DNA of 64,000 nt, taken from assembly GCA_002269645.1 (NCBI GenBank), contig NIVC01003570.1:1-64000 (forward strand). The letters run 5' to 3'. Positions 1 through 17,828 of the stretch are shown piece after piece; position 1 is the first letter of the stretch; each line of letters begins with the position of its first letter. A model generated the notes under the pieces. The model was not told the origin of the DNA, did not search any database, and saw only the letters and a program-made list of their open reading frames with translations. The DNA comes from Macrostomum lignano (Eukaryota). Position numbers and translations under genes: made by a program.

Positions 1-385
1 CTGTGATCTGCCTGACTCTGTGATCTGCCTGACTTTGTGACCTACCCGACTCTGTGATCTACCCGACTCTGTGATCTGCCTGACTCTGTGATCTGCCTGA
101 ATCCTGTGATCTGCCTGACTCTGTGATCTACCTGACTCTGTGATCTGCCTGACTCTGTGATCTGCCTGACTCTGTGATCTGCCTGACTCTGTGATCTGCC
201 TGACTTTGTGACCTACCCGACTCTGTGATCTACCCGACTCTGTGATCTGCCTGACTCTGTGATCTGCCCGACTCTGTGATCTACCTACTCTGTGATTTAC
301 CTACTCTGTGATCTGCCTGACTCTGTGATCTACCTGACTCTGTGATCTGCCTGACTCTGTGATCTGCCTGACTCTGTGATCTACC
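1..385. repeat. 17-bp minisatellite (CTCTGTGATCTGCCTGA), ~22 copies, truncated by the window edge
   Basis: Tandem units are directly visible; shares the CTGTGATCT core with the 1629-2580 array. Confidence 0.95.
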
Positions 386-599
386 GGACTCTTATCTGCA
401 TGGACCTGTTCCTATGATGTACTTAAACTTGCATGCTACGGCTCGTAAATAATCTGCTATGCAAGTTGCGATCTACTCGTACTACAAGTAGTATTCGTGC
501 TTCCTCGTCCGTGAGAAACCATCTCTCTCTCTCTAATCTCCATCTCTTCGCCTCTTCCCTCCGATCTGTGGGGAGAGGCCGGCCCTTCAGCGAACTCAC

Positions 600-871
600 G
601 GCAGCCAGGAAGCAGTGGCCCTGCAGCCGGGCCAGCGGCGACGCTGAGGACAGCAGATTCGCCGCAGCGGCCGCGGCCGCCGATGGACTCAAGAACGGCG
701 GGAGGCCGGCGGGCGGGCAGCCATGGAGACCGGGCGGCCAGCAGCTGCCTGACGGGATGGCAGTGCGGCAGGAACCTCTGCTGCCGCTGCCGCTGGGAAG
801 ACAGAAAAGCGGCAGCGGCCGCAGACTCCGACATCAACGGAAACAAAGAAGGAGGCGGCAGCATGTCGGAT
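600..871 (-). CDS. Putative internal exon of an unidentified gene (Ala/Pro-rich)
   Basis: GC-rich island between two minisatellites; minus-strand acceptor tttcacAG at 872-873 and donor GTGAGT at 599; one frame is open (SDMLPPPSLFPLMSESAAAAAF...). No recognisable domain and the frame is uncertain. Confidence 0.35.
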
Positions 872-1628
872 CTGTGAAACATTCAGACAGAGTTCAGCCT
901 GACTGGAGGTGTCTGACGAGCCGGTGCGCGGCCTCCGCCGCCTTATGTACCCGGCCCAGCGCCTTCTGTCTTGCAAAAGAAAAAAACGAAGCACGAACGG
1001 TAGAGGCCAATGCGGTGGTAGCGGCGGCAGATGAAGCTAGTGAAGATGCTGGGTGCGCCAGCCAATGGGGGAGCTGCTGATGGGCGCGGTAAAGCTGAGG
1101 GCATCCAGCCCCATCACAGGGTAATTAGCCCAGAACCAGGCGGAACCGAGTCTCCGATCGTGTCGCGTGATCCGGGATTGACATGAAGAAGCGGTTCGAA
1201 AGTGGCGAATTTGACAGCCAGACCCGGCCGTTGAAAAAGTTGGCGATGCATTTCAAGGACGGATTTTCCTTCGCTTAAAAAGTGAAGAATGAAAAAAACT
1301 GCAACTCTGGATACCCCAGAGCATTCTTCACTGTCAAGTTGAGTTCCAATTAGATTCGCTCAGGTGAATCAGTTGAAAAACTTCAGCTTCATAATGCGCT
1401 TGAGCACGACAGCCCGAATCTGGGCTGCAGCTCTCCCAGCTGGTCTCCTTTGTTCACCTCTGGCTGACTTCGAGCAGGGAGCCGTGCAGACTGGGCCAAT
1501 GTTAAAGTAAAAGTTATAAGCAGCTTTTAACATTGTTGGATCCTGCGATCTTACTGTGGTCTCCCTGTTCTGGCTCCCCGAACTTCTCGTGATCTCCCGA
1601 GATCACGGGAGAACTTCTCGAGATCCTC

Positions 1629-2580
1629 GTCCCTGTGATCTCCCCGTCCCTGTGATCTCCCCGTCCCTGTGATCTCCCCGTCCCTGTGATCTCCCCGTCC
1701 CTGTGATCTCCCCGTCCCTGTGATCTCCCCGTCCCTGTGATCCCCGTCCCTGTGATCTCCCCGTCCCTGTGATCTCCCCGTCCCTGTGATCTCCCCGTCC
1801 CTGTGATCTCCCCGTCCTGTGATCTCCCCGTCCCTGTGATCTCCCCGTCCTGTGATCTCCCCGTCCCTGTGATCTCCCCGTCCCTGTGATCTCCCCGTCC
1901 CTGTGATTCCCCGTCCCTGTGATCTCCCCGTCCCTGTGATCTCCCCGTCCCTGTGATCTCCCCGTCCTGTGATCTCCCCGTCCCTGTGATCTCCCCGTCC
2001 CTGTGATCTCCCCGTCCCTGTGATCTCCCCGTCCCTGTGATCTCCCCGTCCCTGTGATCTCCCCGTCCCTGTGATCTCCTCGTCCCTGTGATCTCCCCGT
2101 CTCTGTGATCTCCCTGTCCCTGTGATCTCCCTGTCCCTGTGATCTCCCCGTCCCTGTGATCTCCCTGTCCCTGTGATCTCCCCGTCCCTGTGATCTCCCC
2201 GTCCCTGTGATCTCCCTGTCCCTGTGATCTCCCGTCCCTGTGATCTCCCCGTCCCTGTGATCTCCCCGTCCCTGTGATCTCCTCGTCCCTGTGATCTCCC
2301 CGTCTCTGTGATCTCCCTGTCCCTGTGATCTCCTCGTCCCTGTGATCTCCCTGTCCCTGTGATCTCCCCGTCCCTGTGATCTCCCTGTCCCTGTGATCTC
2401 CCCGTCCCTGTGATCTCCCCGTCCCTGTGATCTCCCCGTCCCTGTGATCTCCTCGTCCCTGTGATCTCCCTGTCCCTGTGATCTCCCCGTCCCTGTGATC
2501 TCCCCGTCCCTGTGATCTCCCTGTCCCTGTGATCTCCCACTCTGTGATTTCCCCGTCCCTGTTATCTCCCACTCTGTGAT
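1629..2580. repeat. 17-bp minisatellite (CCCTGTGATCTCCCCGT), ~55 copies
   Basis: Tandem units are directly visible; they generate the spurious ORFs 1514-2599 and 1551-2540. Confidence 0.97.
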
Positions 2581-4388
2581 CTTCCCGATCTTTAATCATT
2601 TAACGCCTTAATAGTGAATCAGGGTTTCTCATTCTTATTTTTAGCCATAAACATTAAACAAGTGTTCGTTTCTCAATCGAATTAACAGCCAACATCCTCC
2701 ACTACCAGCCCCTTGTAAAATCAAAATTTGAAATCATAAACCTTGATAAAGCCTAGATAATAGCAGAAACATGGACTCACACTCAGCTATGCTTTTGGAC
2801 ACCAAATATGCTTTTAACTAGCCTTTTAACTAGCCTTTTATGATTATTAAAAAGTGCCAAAAGCATTGACATCACACCCATTTAATTCGCGCCATACTCA
2901 AATACAAAAAATATAAGGATATTCAAATGAAATAAAAACATTTAGTTTTAGTGTTTGTTTATTTGTTTGCCTAGTTTTAGTTTATTTAGTTTTTTTAATT
3001 AAATTTAGTTTACTTTAGTTAAAGTTTCTGTCTTTTGATTATAAAAAACAGAACTATTCATTTTTATACTTGAAAAGCTAAACTATACCTACTATTTTCT
3101 TATCGTCACTAATAAGATAAGATTCTTAATGTTAAATGACTAAAGTTAGCAAAGTTAAAAATTGACAAAACATATCATCACCGTCAATGATTTTTATATT
3201 CAATTGCAGATTTTAATAAATGGAATTAGTAAAGTATGAAAATTTTATTATGTTGTTAATATTTGAGAAGTGTCCTTTTTCCCTCTATTTCGGATGGAAA
3301 ATTCACATGAGTGACATTAATAAGTAATAATTATTAATATGAATATCATATCCTGTAGCCTACGATTTAGCACAAAAAATTTCTATTTAATGTAAAAACT
3401 AACCAGTAACTAACCTTAAGATCAATAAAAATGGTATTCTGCATTTGAGATCCTTTACAATCCAAAAATATAACCATATTTGTGAACTAAGTATGATTTG
3501 AAATTCATCAAAAAAATCAAGAAGGATATATTTTTTGATATATAATGTTTCAATATTTTTTCATTTTCATATTTTCTATTTCATTACATTATTTTTGCGA
3601 GCTAGACTCAATACAAATTTTTGTCTGCTGTTTTTTTATAAAAATGGAAAAGTCAATTAATGAATAATAGAATTTTTTAATCTTTCATATGTTTCATTTT
3701 TTATTCAAATAAATTTAAGTTCTTTACTCCAACACGATTTTATGCAACTTGTTGTCTATTTTGGCTAGAAGGAAGGATGAAACATTAAAGCAGTATATAA
3801 AGTACATTATATTCACGAAAGTCAAAATGCTACCATGGATGCTCAATATAAATTTTTGGTGAAAGAGAGAAGTCTCCGACTAACCCACAATGAACTTGAC
3901 GAAGAAAACAAAGACTCAAAAGAACTACAAAAAGTTGATTGATTGATAGAACCTGCCAGAGTTTTGGCACTGTTATTTGCCTAACTCAAATGCAAGACAC
4001 GAAGCATCATTAACTCATTTTAACAAAACGAGTTTTTTAATTATCAGCTGTAGCAAATTTATACGTTTTGGCGCATGTGTGATATACTTTAAGTTACTCA
4101 GTTTAATTTGATCTAAAATTTTGAGAATTTTGCAAAACATTGACGAGCTTCTATTTATTTATCGCGCGCAACTATGAAGCAGTGTTCAGAGAGTTCATTA
4201 TAACGATATAAACGTGTTTTCGCTTTATAGTTTTGCTTTATACTTGCTATAATTTTATAGCAAGTACACTATTCGTAAATTGTGCTGATATTAGAAGGAA
4301 TTGGCAGCTTCGAGGTGATGACCATGAGAGCTATAGACTAAGTGTACAGCTGTAGTTGAGGATTCCATCAGTTGAGGTTTCGCCCAAC

Positions 4389-5997
4389 TGTACTAGAGGC
4401 AAGGACTACAGCTAGACTAGACAGTACTACTAGACTATAAGGAAGTGTTCCTAGTGGTACTTAACTCGAGGCTTGATCAGCGAAAGTATAAAAATCACTA
4501 CAACAGCTGGAGTGCAGTCCATACCCAAGCAACAGGCGTTCGCATGCTTTTGTTAATATGTTAGTATTTTATTTTATTCTCTGTTTCCTACCGTTACAGT
4601 AGAACCATTCTTTTCAATAGTTATTTTTAAAGCATACTCAGCATGTGTTTCGTGTCAACATTAGTTAGACTTAAGCCAATTAAACTGCATGTAATCTGGA
4701 GCATGCAACACTTGTTTTATGGATTACTTTGCTTTATACGACTTATATTTAGATAGTTGATTATAGCTAGATAGAGATATTTTAAGATATAGCTAACGAT
4801 ACACTTTATCATGCATTAATTTGGTTGCTTTCATAACTTTAAAATATATTATACACTTTGGATTTTATATATTTCAAGCTTAAATGGCCTCAAAAGCTTT
4901 TGAAAAACAAAAGGATTGCTTTATTGTTGTTTCCGTTTTACATTTATATTCTGCACTTATTTAACTAGATTTAGTTGCTTTTTGTTTGAAAATAATGGTA
5001 ATCCAAATCCTTTTACTTTTCACTTTTTTCAACTCGGTCAGAATTGTAAACAGGTATACTTTCGTGTGCTTTTGCGGCTTTTTCTTTTATGCTTAATCAC
5101 TCGTTAATTTAAGTTGCTCTTTCATTACACTCTTATGTATCTCTTTGTTCTTAAATTATTTTTTATAAATAAAAATTGCAGTTCATTTATCAGAACTCCA
5201 TTTTCGACAACGTTCCTACGAGCTAGCATTTTGATGCATAAACTGACCAATATTTGTATTGATTTTGCCTGTGATGTTGCCGTTGTGACGTTGTGTGACG
5301 TTGCCAGTTTAAGGTGGTCCCGAAAAGGGCCGTTGGACTGCTGTTTCTCTATAGTTTTAACTAAACTTTTCCATTCGTTTATTGCGACGTTTACTTGTAG
5401 TAGTGCCCAACGATTTTGTGGCAATTTCTAATTCACTGTATATTTTGCTATCCTCTCTCGCGACCGTATAAAATTGGCACGATCGATAATTTTAAGTTCT
5501 CTCGCCAGCCAATGAAAACCACTCGTGCTTCGCGCTACCCCCCTCTGCGCTCCTTTATTAAACCCCCCGCCTGGCGGCGGGCACTCCACTTTTCTCTCTC
5601 CTCTCTCTCTCTCGCTCTCTCTCTCCGTCTGTCCTTGGCCTTGTGTGTTTTTGCGGCCTTGTTTTCCTTCTCTCTGTCTGGCTGCCTCGAGCCTCCTTAC
5701 CTCACGCCACGACTGACGCCAACTTCGCCACTGCTCATCCGCCTGCCTACTACGCCTCACTGCCTTCACTGTACTCATTGCCATTGATCATCACGTTACG
5801 TCGACATTACATCACTCGTCTGTCGCTTGAACTCACATCCAATTTATCTTAAAAGAAACTATTGTTGCAGCCGCCAGTGCCCAGAAAGCCATAGTTTGTT
5901 ATTTGCCAGTAACAACCAAACTTACTATTTATATTGATTTAAACAATAAAAACGACTACGGCAGTTTCCTGCCCTTATTGCCAAGTGCTCCGCTACA
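4389..5997 (+). mobile_element. Candidate solo LTR (1609 bp)
   Basis: Termini TGTA...TACA flanked by identical 5-mers CCAAC (4384-4388 and 5998-6002); internal CCAAT (~5511), TTTATTAA (~5555), CT-rich tract and AATAAA (5945-5950) near the 3' end. No partner LTR or coding region, so tentative. Confidence 0.4.
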
Positions 5998-7214
5998 CCA
6001 ACCACTTCGCCTAAGTTGACTTCAACTTATTTTGGGACTAAAACGGCCCTTTTAAGGGTCACGGCCAACATCAAATAACGTGACACTATACTTTATTTAC
6101 TAAAAGCCACTTCAGCCTTAGATGGGCTCAGCTAACGTTCCTTCTGGGTTATTCGATGTAATTAAAGCCTTATGACAATTAAGTATGCTTGCATGAATAA
6201 ACGAATCCGCGGAACCTACATATATGTACATGTATGGTTAGTCCTGTTCCTGTACCAGTCTGCAGTTAGCATTGCGTTATTACAGCGTATTTTCTGTTAC
6301 AAAAGGCGCGTATTTTGTGCGTTCGCTTACGCGCGTACAGAATTACCAAAAAATGCGCGTAAAACGCGCGTACCTGTTGCTTGGGATTGAGTAGATGATC
6401 TATATATAGCGCTTGTATACGAGTATGAGAAAAATCCGACCTTCTGGCAGAATTTTTTAATACCTCAACGGGACTAGAGGGCTAGCGGAATGGGTGGCGC
6501 TCGCCTCTCCACTGTGTCTTCGGACTACCCTGGGGTCCAGAGGGCTGGCAAGAAGCGCAGTGAAAAATGTTCAGGCGGAATCCTGGTAGTTCTACAGTTA
6601 AATTCACTGCCAAATTGACAAGCCAGGCTCTTGATTCACGGTTGGATCCCATAGATTGTACTTCCGTACATGTACATGTACGCTCGTTCATGTCGATGTA
6701 CATTTATGTACATAAACTGATAGCTCTATCTAATTTCTATAATATTCTTCATAGTAAATTTAGCACAAAAAGTATCGAACAACATCTTTTACAGCCAATA
6801 AAATATTTTGCTTGAAGATTTAATGTTTTACTCTGATGTATGCGGCCAATTATCTGTAGGACAAAGGGTTCTTACATGCATTCAGTAAATTTCTTTATTG
6901 ATAGAATCTCGTGCTCACAATGATTATTGTTAGAACCAGCTACGTATATTTCATTGAATTATTGCATCATATGAGTATCCCACCCGCTTTCGCATGTACA
7001 TGTAAACAATATGAATAGAACCAAACTAACGGATAGGCTACAGAAGCGAACAATTAAGAAAGAATTCATAACACCCTGAAATAATTGCATGTACACTAAA
7101 TTAAAAAACGCTTAAAAAGTAAAAGAAGCTTAGGCTGACATGCCAAAATTGACATGCTAATAGGAAAAGCAGAAAAACTCAATTCTGATACAATCGGGTG
7201 AGCAAGCGTGCAGG

Positions 7215-11340
<4,126 letters not shown>

Positions 11341-11694
11341 GGTGGAAGCAGAAATAGTGCCCTGTGGCAAGGTAAGAATGCAAAGCTTAATGTGAGCACC
11401 GACTGCTCAAGTAACTTAAGAAGCTGATGAGTCAGTCCTAGCAGATGGAGTCAAGCAGCCTCACAGGTTATATACTTTCAGACTGAGCTCTGACCCACGA
11501 GAGACAGGCACCGCCCAGCTCATCAGTATTATCGCGCCCCTATACGGAGTTGATGAATTATTAATGAGTTGTCAAAATTGCAACTCATCACCCTGCCTGG
11601 CTGCTTGCAGAGCCAACACTGCCTCACCCTCTGATCTCCCAGTCCCAGCCTCCCAGCTACATGTAGGATGGACTTACGTGCGTCGTAGGAAGAT

Positions 11695-12265
11695 GGGACA
11701 CTCCGTTTCTTAGAAAGATATCTGACAAGGACGACCTGAGTATGACGGGAAACTGTTTCTTAGAAAGATATCTGACAAGGCCGGCCTGAGTAGGACGGGA
11801 AACTGTTTCTTAGAAAGATATCTGACAAGACGACCTGAGTAGGACGGGAAACTGTTTCTTAGAAAGATATCTGACAAGGCCGGCCTGAGTAGGACGGGAA
11901 ACTGTTTCTTAGAAAGATATCTGACAAGGCCAGCCTGAGCAGGACGGTAAACTGTTTCTTAGAAAGATATCTGACAAGGCCGGCCTGAGTAGGACGGGAA
12001 ACTATTTCTTAGAAAGATATCCGACAAGGCCAGCCTGAGCAGGACGGGAAACTGTTTCTTAGAAAGATATCTGACAAGGCCGACCTGAGTAGGACGGGAA
12101 ACTGTTTCTTAGAAAGATATCTGACAAGGCCGACCTGAGTATGACGGGAAACTGTTTCTTAGAAAGATATCTGACAAGGCCGACCTGAGTATGACGGGAA
12201 ACTGTTTCTTAGAAAGATATCTGACAAGGCCGACCTGAGTAGGATGGGAAACTGTTTCTTAGAAA
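11695..12265. repeat. 50-bp minisatellite (GGGAAACTGTTTCTTAGAAAGATATCTGACAAGGCCGGCCTGAGTAGGAC), ~11 copies
   Basis: Period of 50 measured (11746 to 11796). Confidence 0.95.
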
Positions 12266-12821
12266 ACATTTTGGGCAGCATGGCTTTGCGCAAAATACAA
12301 CATGGAGATTGGCGCTTTGCATGCTGAAATATGGGCATTCGATCTGCTCCCCAAAATCTGTTTTTGCTATGCAGCCCTTAAAATGTTTTTCTAAGAAACA
12401 AGATTTTCCTCGAATGAGTCTTACTTGATTTTAAAGGCCGACATTGCGCTAAAAATACCCAGCCGATGTGAATTTTTAAGTGCAAAATAATCGAGTCAGG
12501 ACCAACTGAGGTGCAAGTCGAATATTTGAAAGTATTAGCAGTTCAAAAGCTGCAGTATTTCAATGATTTCTTTAAATCAATGGAGAATCGCATTAGTCTA
12601 TTTGACAACTGAATCAGATGCGAACACTGCCATTGCAAGTAGACATGCGCGAATGCCTACAACTGCACGTAATTAAGATGGGCTAGCATTACAGATACCG
12701 TCAGTCAGCCTTACAGCCTTACAGACAGCAACAGAAAATGCTTAATGAACATCAAACAACAGTTTTAGATTTTCCGACAAAGAATCAGCTCTTTATAAAT
12801 CAAAAAGTTAAAACTACAGTC

Positions 12822-14657
12822 CTTTACAGTCTGTAAACATAACCAGGCCGCACATTACAGACAGTCTGTAAACATAACCAGGCCACACATTACAGACAGT
12901 CTGTAAACATAACCAGGCCGCACATTACAGACAGTCTGTAAACATAACCAGGCCGCACATTACAGACAGTCTGTAAACATAATTGGGCTACACATTACAG
13001 ACAGTCTGTAAACATAACCGAGCCACACATTACAGACAGTCTGTAAACATACCAGGCCGCACATAACAGACAGTCTGTAAACATAACCAGGCCGCACATT
13101 ACAGACAGTCTGTAAACATAACCAGGCCGCACATTACAGACAGTCTGTAAACATAACCAGGCCGCACATTACAGACAGTCTGTAAACATAACCGGGCCAC
13201 ACATTACAGACAGTCTGTAAACATAACCAGGCCGCACATTACAGACAGTCTGTAAACATAACCGGGCCACACATTACAGACAGTCTGTAAACATAACCGG
13301 GCCACACATTACAGACAGTCTGTAAACATAACCGGGCCACACATTACAGACAGTCTGTAAACATAACCGGGCTACACATTACAGACAGTCTGTAAACATA
13401 ACCGGGCCACACATTACAGACAGTCTGTAAACATAACCGGGCTACACATTACAGACAGTCTGTAAACATAACCGGGCCACACATTACAGACAGTCTGTAA
13501 ACATAACCGGGCTACACATTACAGACAGTCTGTAAACATAACCGGACTACACATTACAGACAGTCTGTAAACATAACCGGGCCGCACATTACAGACAGTC
13601 TGTAAACATAACCGGGCCACACATTACAGACAGTCTGTAAACATAACCGGGCCGCACATTACAGACAGTCTGTAAACATAACCGGGCTACACATTACAGA
13701 CAGTCTGTAAACATAACCAGGCCGCACATTACAGACAGTCTGTAAACATAACCGGGCTACACATTACAGACAGTCTGTAAACATAACCGGGCTACACATT
13801 ACAGACAGTCTGTAAACATAACCGGGCTACACATTACAGACAGTCTGTAAACATAACCGGGCCACACATTACAGACAGTCTGTAAACATAACCGGGCTAC
13901 ACATTACAGACAGTCTGTAAACATAACCGGGCCACACATTACAGACAGTCTGTAAACATAACCGGGCCACACATTACAGACAGTCTGTAAACATAACCGG
14001 GCCACACATTACAGACAGTCTGTAAACATAACCGGGCCACACATTACAGACAGTCTGTAAACATAACCGGGCCACACATTACAGACAGTCTGTAAACATA
14101 ACCGGGCTACACATTACAGACAGTCTGTAAACATAACCGGGCCACACATTACAGACAGTCTGTAAACATAACCGGGCTACACATTACAGACAGTCTGTAA
14201 ACATAACCGGGCCACACATTACAGACAGTCTGTAAACATAACCGGGCTACACATTACAGACAGTCTGTAAACATAACCGGGCCACACATTACAGACAGTC
14301 TGTAAACATAACCGGGCCACACATTACAGACAGTCTGTAAACATAACCGGGCCACACATTACAGACAGTCTGTAAACATAACCGGGCCACACATTACAGA
14401 CAGTCTGTAAACATAACCGGGCCGCACATTACAGACAGTCTGTAAACATAACCGGGCCACACATTACAGACAGTCTGTAAACATAACCGGGCTACACATT
14501 ACAGACAGTCTGTAAACATAACCGGGCCACACATTACAGACAGTCTGTAAACATAACCGGGCCACACATTACAGACAGTCTGTAAACATAACCGGGCCAC
14601 ACATTACAGACAGTCTGTAAACATAACCGGGCCACACATTACAGACAGTCTGTAAAC
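12822..14657. repeat. 35-bp minisatellite (ACAGACAGTCTGTAAACATAACCGGGCCACACATT), ~52 copies, each with a 17-bp palindrome
   Basis: Visible tandem units; TTACAGAC-A-GTCTGTAA is a perfect inverted repeat. Confidence 0.97.
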
Positions 14658-14663
14658 AGACTC

Positions 14664-17066
14664 CTACAGCCTGGCACACGGAGGCACAAGGGGCGGCCGG
14701 AAGCCGCACAGGGGCCGCAGGCCGCGGCAGTCCAGCCTAAACTTGGCGCTCGGCCCCGATTTCAGCGCCGGCCTGACGGCTCCCTCGGGAGTCACGTGAC
14801 GCTCGGCGTCCGGGTTCACCGCATGCACAATCCGGTTGGCAGGCCGGTCCCGCATCAGCTGATCGTCGCCGATGCCGCCGAGGTCGACGTGCCGGCCGGA
14901 GTTGAAGTCGGGGCTGGCTGGGTAGCGGCAGTCGCCGGGGTGCATTGTGAAGGCCAGGCGCTGGCCGACGCCCAGCACGGGGAAGTACAGCTCCGTGCCC
15001 AGGCGGCCGCGGTGCTTGGCGAAGGCCTCCAGCGACTGCAGGGAGTCGGCCTGGCCGGCCAGCTTGGCCAGCTCGTACAGGGTGGGTGGCGAAAGGCTGA
15101 AGGCCGGCTCGGAGTGGAACCTGGCAGGGCGGATTTTTAAATTAATAAATTCTGACCCATTAAATACATGATCCTGACCCATTAGATACATGATCCTGAC
15201 CCATTAGATACATGATGATCCTGACCCATTTCATACATTATCCTGACCCATTAGATACATGATCCTGACCCACTAGATACATGATACTGAACCATTAGAT
15301 ACATGATCCTGACCCATTAGATACATGATCCTGACCCATTAGATACATGATCCTGACACATTAGATACATGATGATCCTGACCCATTAGATACATGATCC
15401 TGACACATTAGATACATGATGATCCTGACCCATTAGATACATGATACTGAACCATTAGATACAGGATCCTGACCCATTAGATACATGATCCTGACCCATT
15501 AGATACATGATACTGAACCATTAGATACAGGATCCTGACCCATTAGATACATGATCCTGACCCATTAGATACATGATACTGAACCATTAGATACAGGATC
15601 CTGACCCATTAGATACATGATCCTGACCCATTAGATACATGATCCTGACCCATTAGATACATGATACTGAACCATTAGATACATGATCCTGACCCATTAG
15701 ATACATGATACTGAACCATTAGATACAGGATCCTGACCCATTAGATACATAATCCTGACCTATTAGATACATGATCCTGAACCATTAGATACATGATCCT
15801 GACACATTAGATACATGATCCTGACCCATTAGATACATGATCCTGACCTATTAGAAACATGATCCTAACCTATTAGATACAAGATCCTGACCCATTAGAT
15901 ACATGATTCTGAATCATTAGATACATGATCCTGAACCATTAGGTACATGATCCTGAACCATTAGATACATTATCTGACACATTAGATACATGATCCTGAC
16001 CCACTTGATCCCAGATACCGCCGGAAACGCAGACCTTCACAGCGCGCACCTGTCGATGGCCTCCACGGGCGGCAGCCAGTCGTGCTCGCCGGACATCTCA
16101 GCCAGGTCCAGCCGCACTTGGAAGGCGGCCGGCAGGCAGCAGAGGAAGAAGGCCGTGTCGAACCGGCGGGGCGAGGACAGGGTGGAGGGCGTCAGCCAGT
16201 TCGACCACTCGTACAGGCTGTGCAGGTCCGGGCACAGGCCCAGGCTGCTAAACAGGCGGAGGAACTCGCGACCGTCTTGCTTCACTGCGGACTGCGGGAG
16301 AGCCTGTCTCTGTCTGTCTGTCTTAGCGTCTTAGTGTCTGTCTGTCTTAGCGTCTTAGTGTCTGTCTGTCTTAGTGTCTGAGTGTCTGTCTGTCTTAGTG
16401 TCTGAGTGTCTGTCTGTCTTAGTGTCTGAGTGTCTGTCTGTCTTAGTGTCTGAGTGTCTGTCTGTCTTAGTGTCTGAGTGTCTGTCTGTCTTAGTGTCTG
16501 AGTGTCTGTCTGTCTTAGTGTCTTAGTATCTTAGTGTCTGTCTGTCTTAGTGTCTGAGTGTCTGTCTGTCTTAGTGTCTGAGTGTCTGTCTGTCTTAGTG
16601 TCTGAGTGTCTGTCTGTCTTAGTGTCTGAGTATCTGTCTGTCTGTCTTAGTGTCTGAGTATGTGTCTGTCTGTCTTAGTGTCTGAGTATCTGTCTGTCTG
16701 TCTTAGTGTCTGAGTATCTGTCTGTCTGTCTTAGTGTCTGAGTATCTGTCTGTCTGTCTTAGTGTCTGAGTGTCTGTCTGTCTTAGTGTCTGAGTATCTG
16801 TCTGTCTGTCTTAGTGTCTGAGTATCTGTCTGTCTGTCTTAGTGTCTGAGTATCTGTCTGTCTGTCTTAGTGTCTGAGTATCTGTCTGTCTGTCTTAGTG
16901 TCTGAGTGTCTGTCTGTCTGTCTTAGTGTCTTAGTGTCTGTCTTAGTGTTTGTCTGTCTGTCTTAGTGTTTGTCTGTCTGTCTTAGTGTCTTAGTGTCTG
17001 AGTATCTGTCTGTCTTAGTGTCTTAGTGTCTGTCTGTCTGTCTTAGTGTCTGTCTATCTGTCTTAG

Positions 17067-17131
<65 letters not shown>

Positions 17132-17181
17132 GTCTTAGTGTCTGTCTGTCTGCCTCTCTGTCTTGGTGCCTGTGTGTGTGC

Positions 17182-17222
<41 letters not shown>

Positions 17223-17828
17223 TGGTGCCTGTGTGTGTGTGCTGTCTGTCTGTGTGTCTCTAAGGGTCCCCAATGCGAATGAAAAGTCTCCCAGAGATCA
17301 GTTGCAGCAGAAGCCCGGAGGCTCGCTGGCTGCCGCCCTCACCTGCCACTCGGCCAGCCGCAGCTCCGGCCCGCTCGCCCACGTGTCGTGCGGCACCCGG
17401 TTGCCGTCGCCGTCCGCAGCCAGCAGGAGGCCGCACTCTTCGAAAGTCTCGCGCAGGGCGCAGATCCTCAGCGCCACCTCGGGCAGCAGTGCCAGCGGCG
17501 CCACGGACGCGGCGGCGCCTGACTCGAAAATTGGCGCCCTCCGCGCCGAGGCAAACTGCGCCGCCTGAGCCGCCAAGCCGTCGGCGCCGGGGTGCCAGGC
17601 GGCGAAGCTGCGCCCGCCGTTGGCGCGGAACAGCGGCAGCCAATCGGCGCTCGCGTCTACGCCGGGGTCAAACGCGCCGCCGGGAAAAACGCGCGCGTTA
17701 GCGAAGAAGGAGCTCTTGGCGGCGCGCTTGAGCAGCAGCACGCGGAGACCCTCGGTGACGAGGATCAGCGAGGCGGAGTCCCGCCATGACCTGGCAGCTG
17801 TGGCAGCGGCTGCTGATGCACCCTTCAT
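14664..17828 (-). CDS. NUDT19: Nudix acyl-CoA diphosphatase, NUDT19-like, 394 aa, C-terminal PTS1 (-ARL); exons 17343-17828, 16050-16291, 14664-15120
   Basis: GT-AG introns with phases 0 and 2; 1185 nt. Motifs WRDSASLIL..VLLLKR...FF.NA.VFPGG..D, Nudix box ALRICALRETFEECGLLL, LYEWSNWLTP..RRFDTAFF, LSPPTLYEL, MHPGD; ends CARL*. An in-frame upstream ATG at 17855 is also possible. Confidence 0.92.
15150..15995. repeat. 22-bp minisatellite (GATCCTGACCCATTAGATACAT) in NUDT19 intron 2, ~38 copies
   Basis: Visible tandem units. Confidence 0.95.
16305..17255. repeat. (TCTG)n-derived array with CTTAGT/CTGAGT interruptions in NUDT19 intron 1
   Basis: Visible tandem units. Confidence 0.95.

Noticed and set aside
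1514-2599. Long ORFs of 329-361 aa
   Set aside because: They are translations of the 17-bp repeat; the same applies to the ORFs at 10648-11251, 21056-21406, 31805-32411, 44408-45224, 50572-51439, 53462-54035 and 63080-63836.
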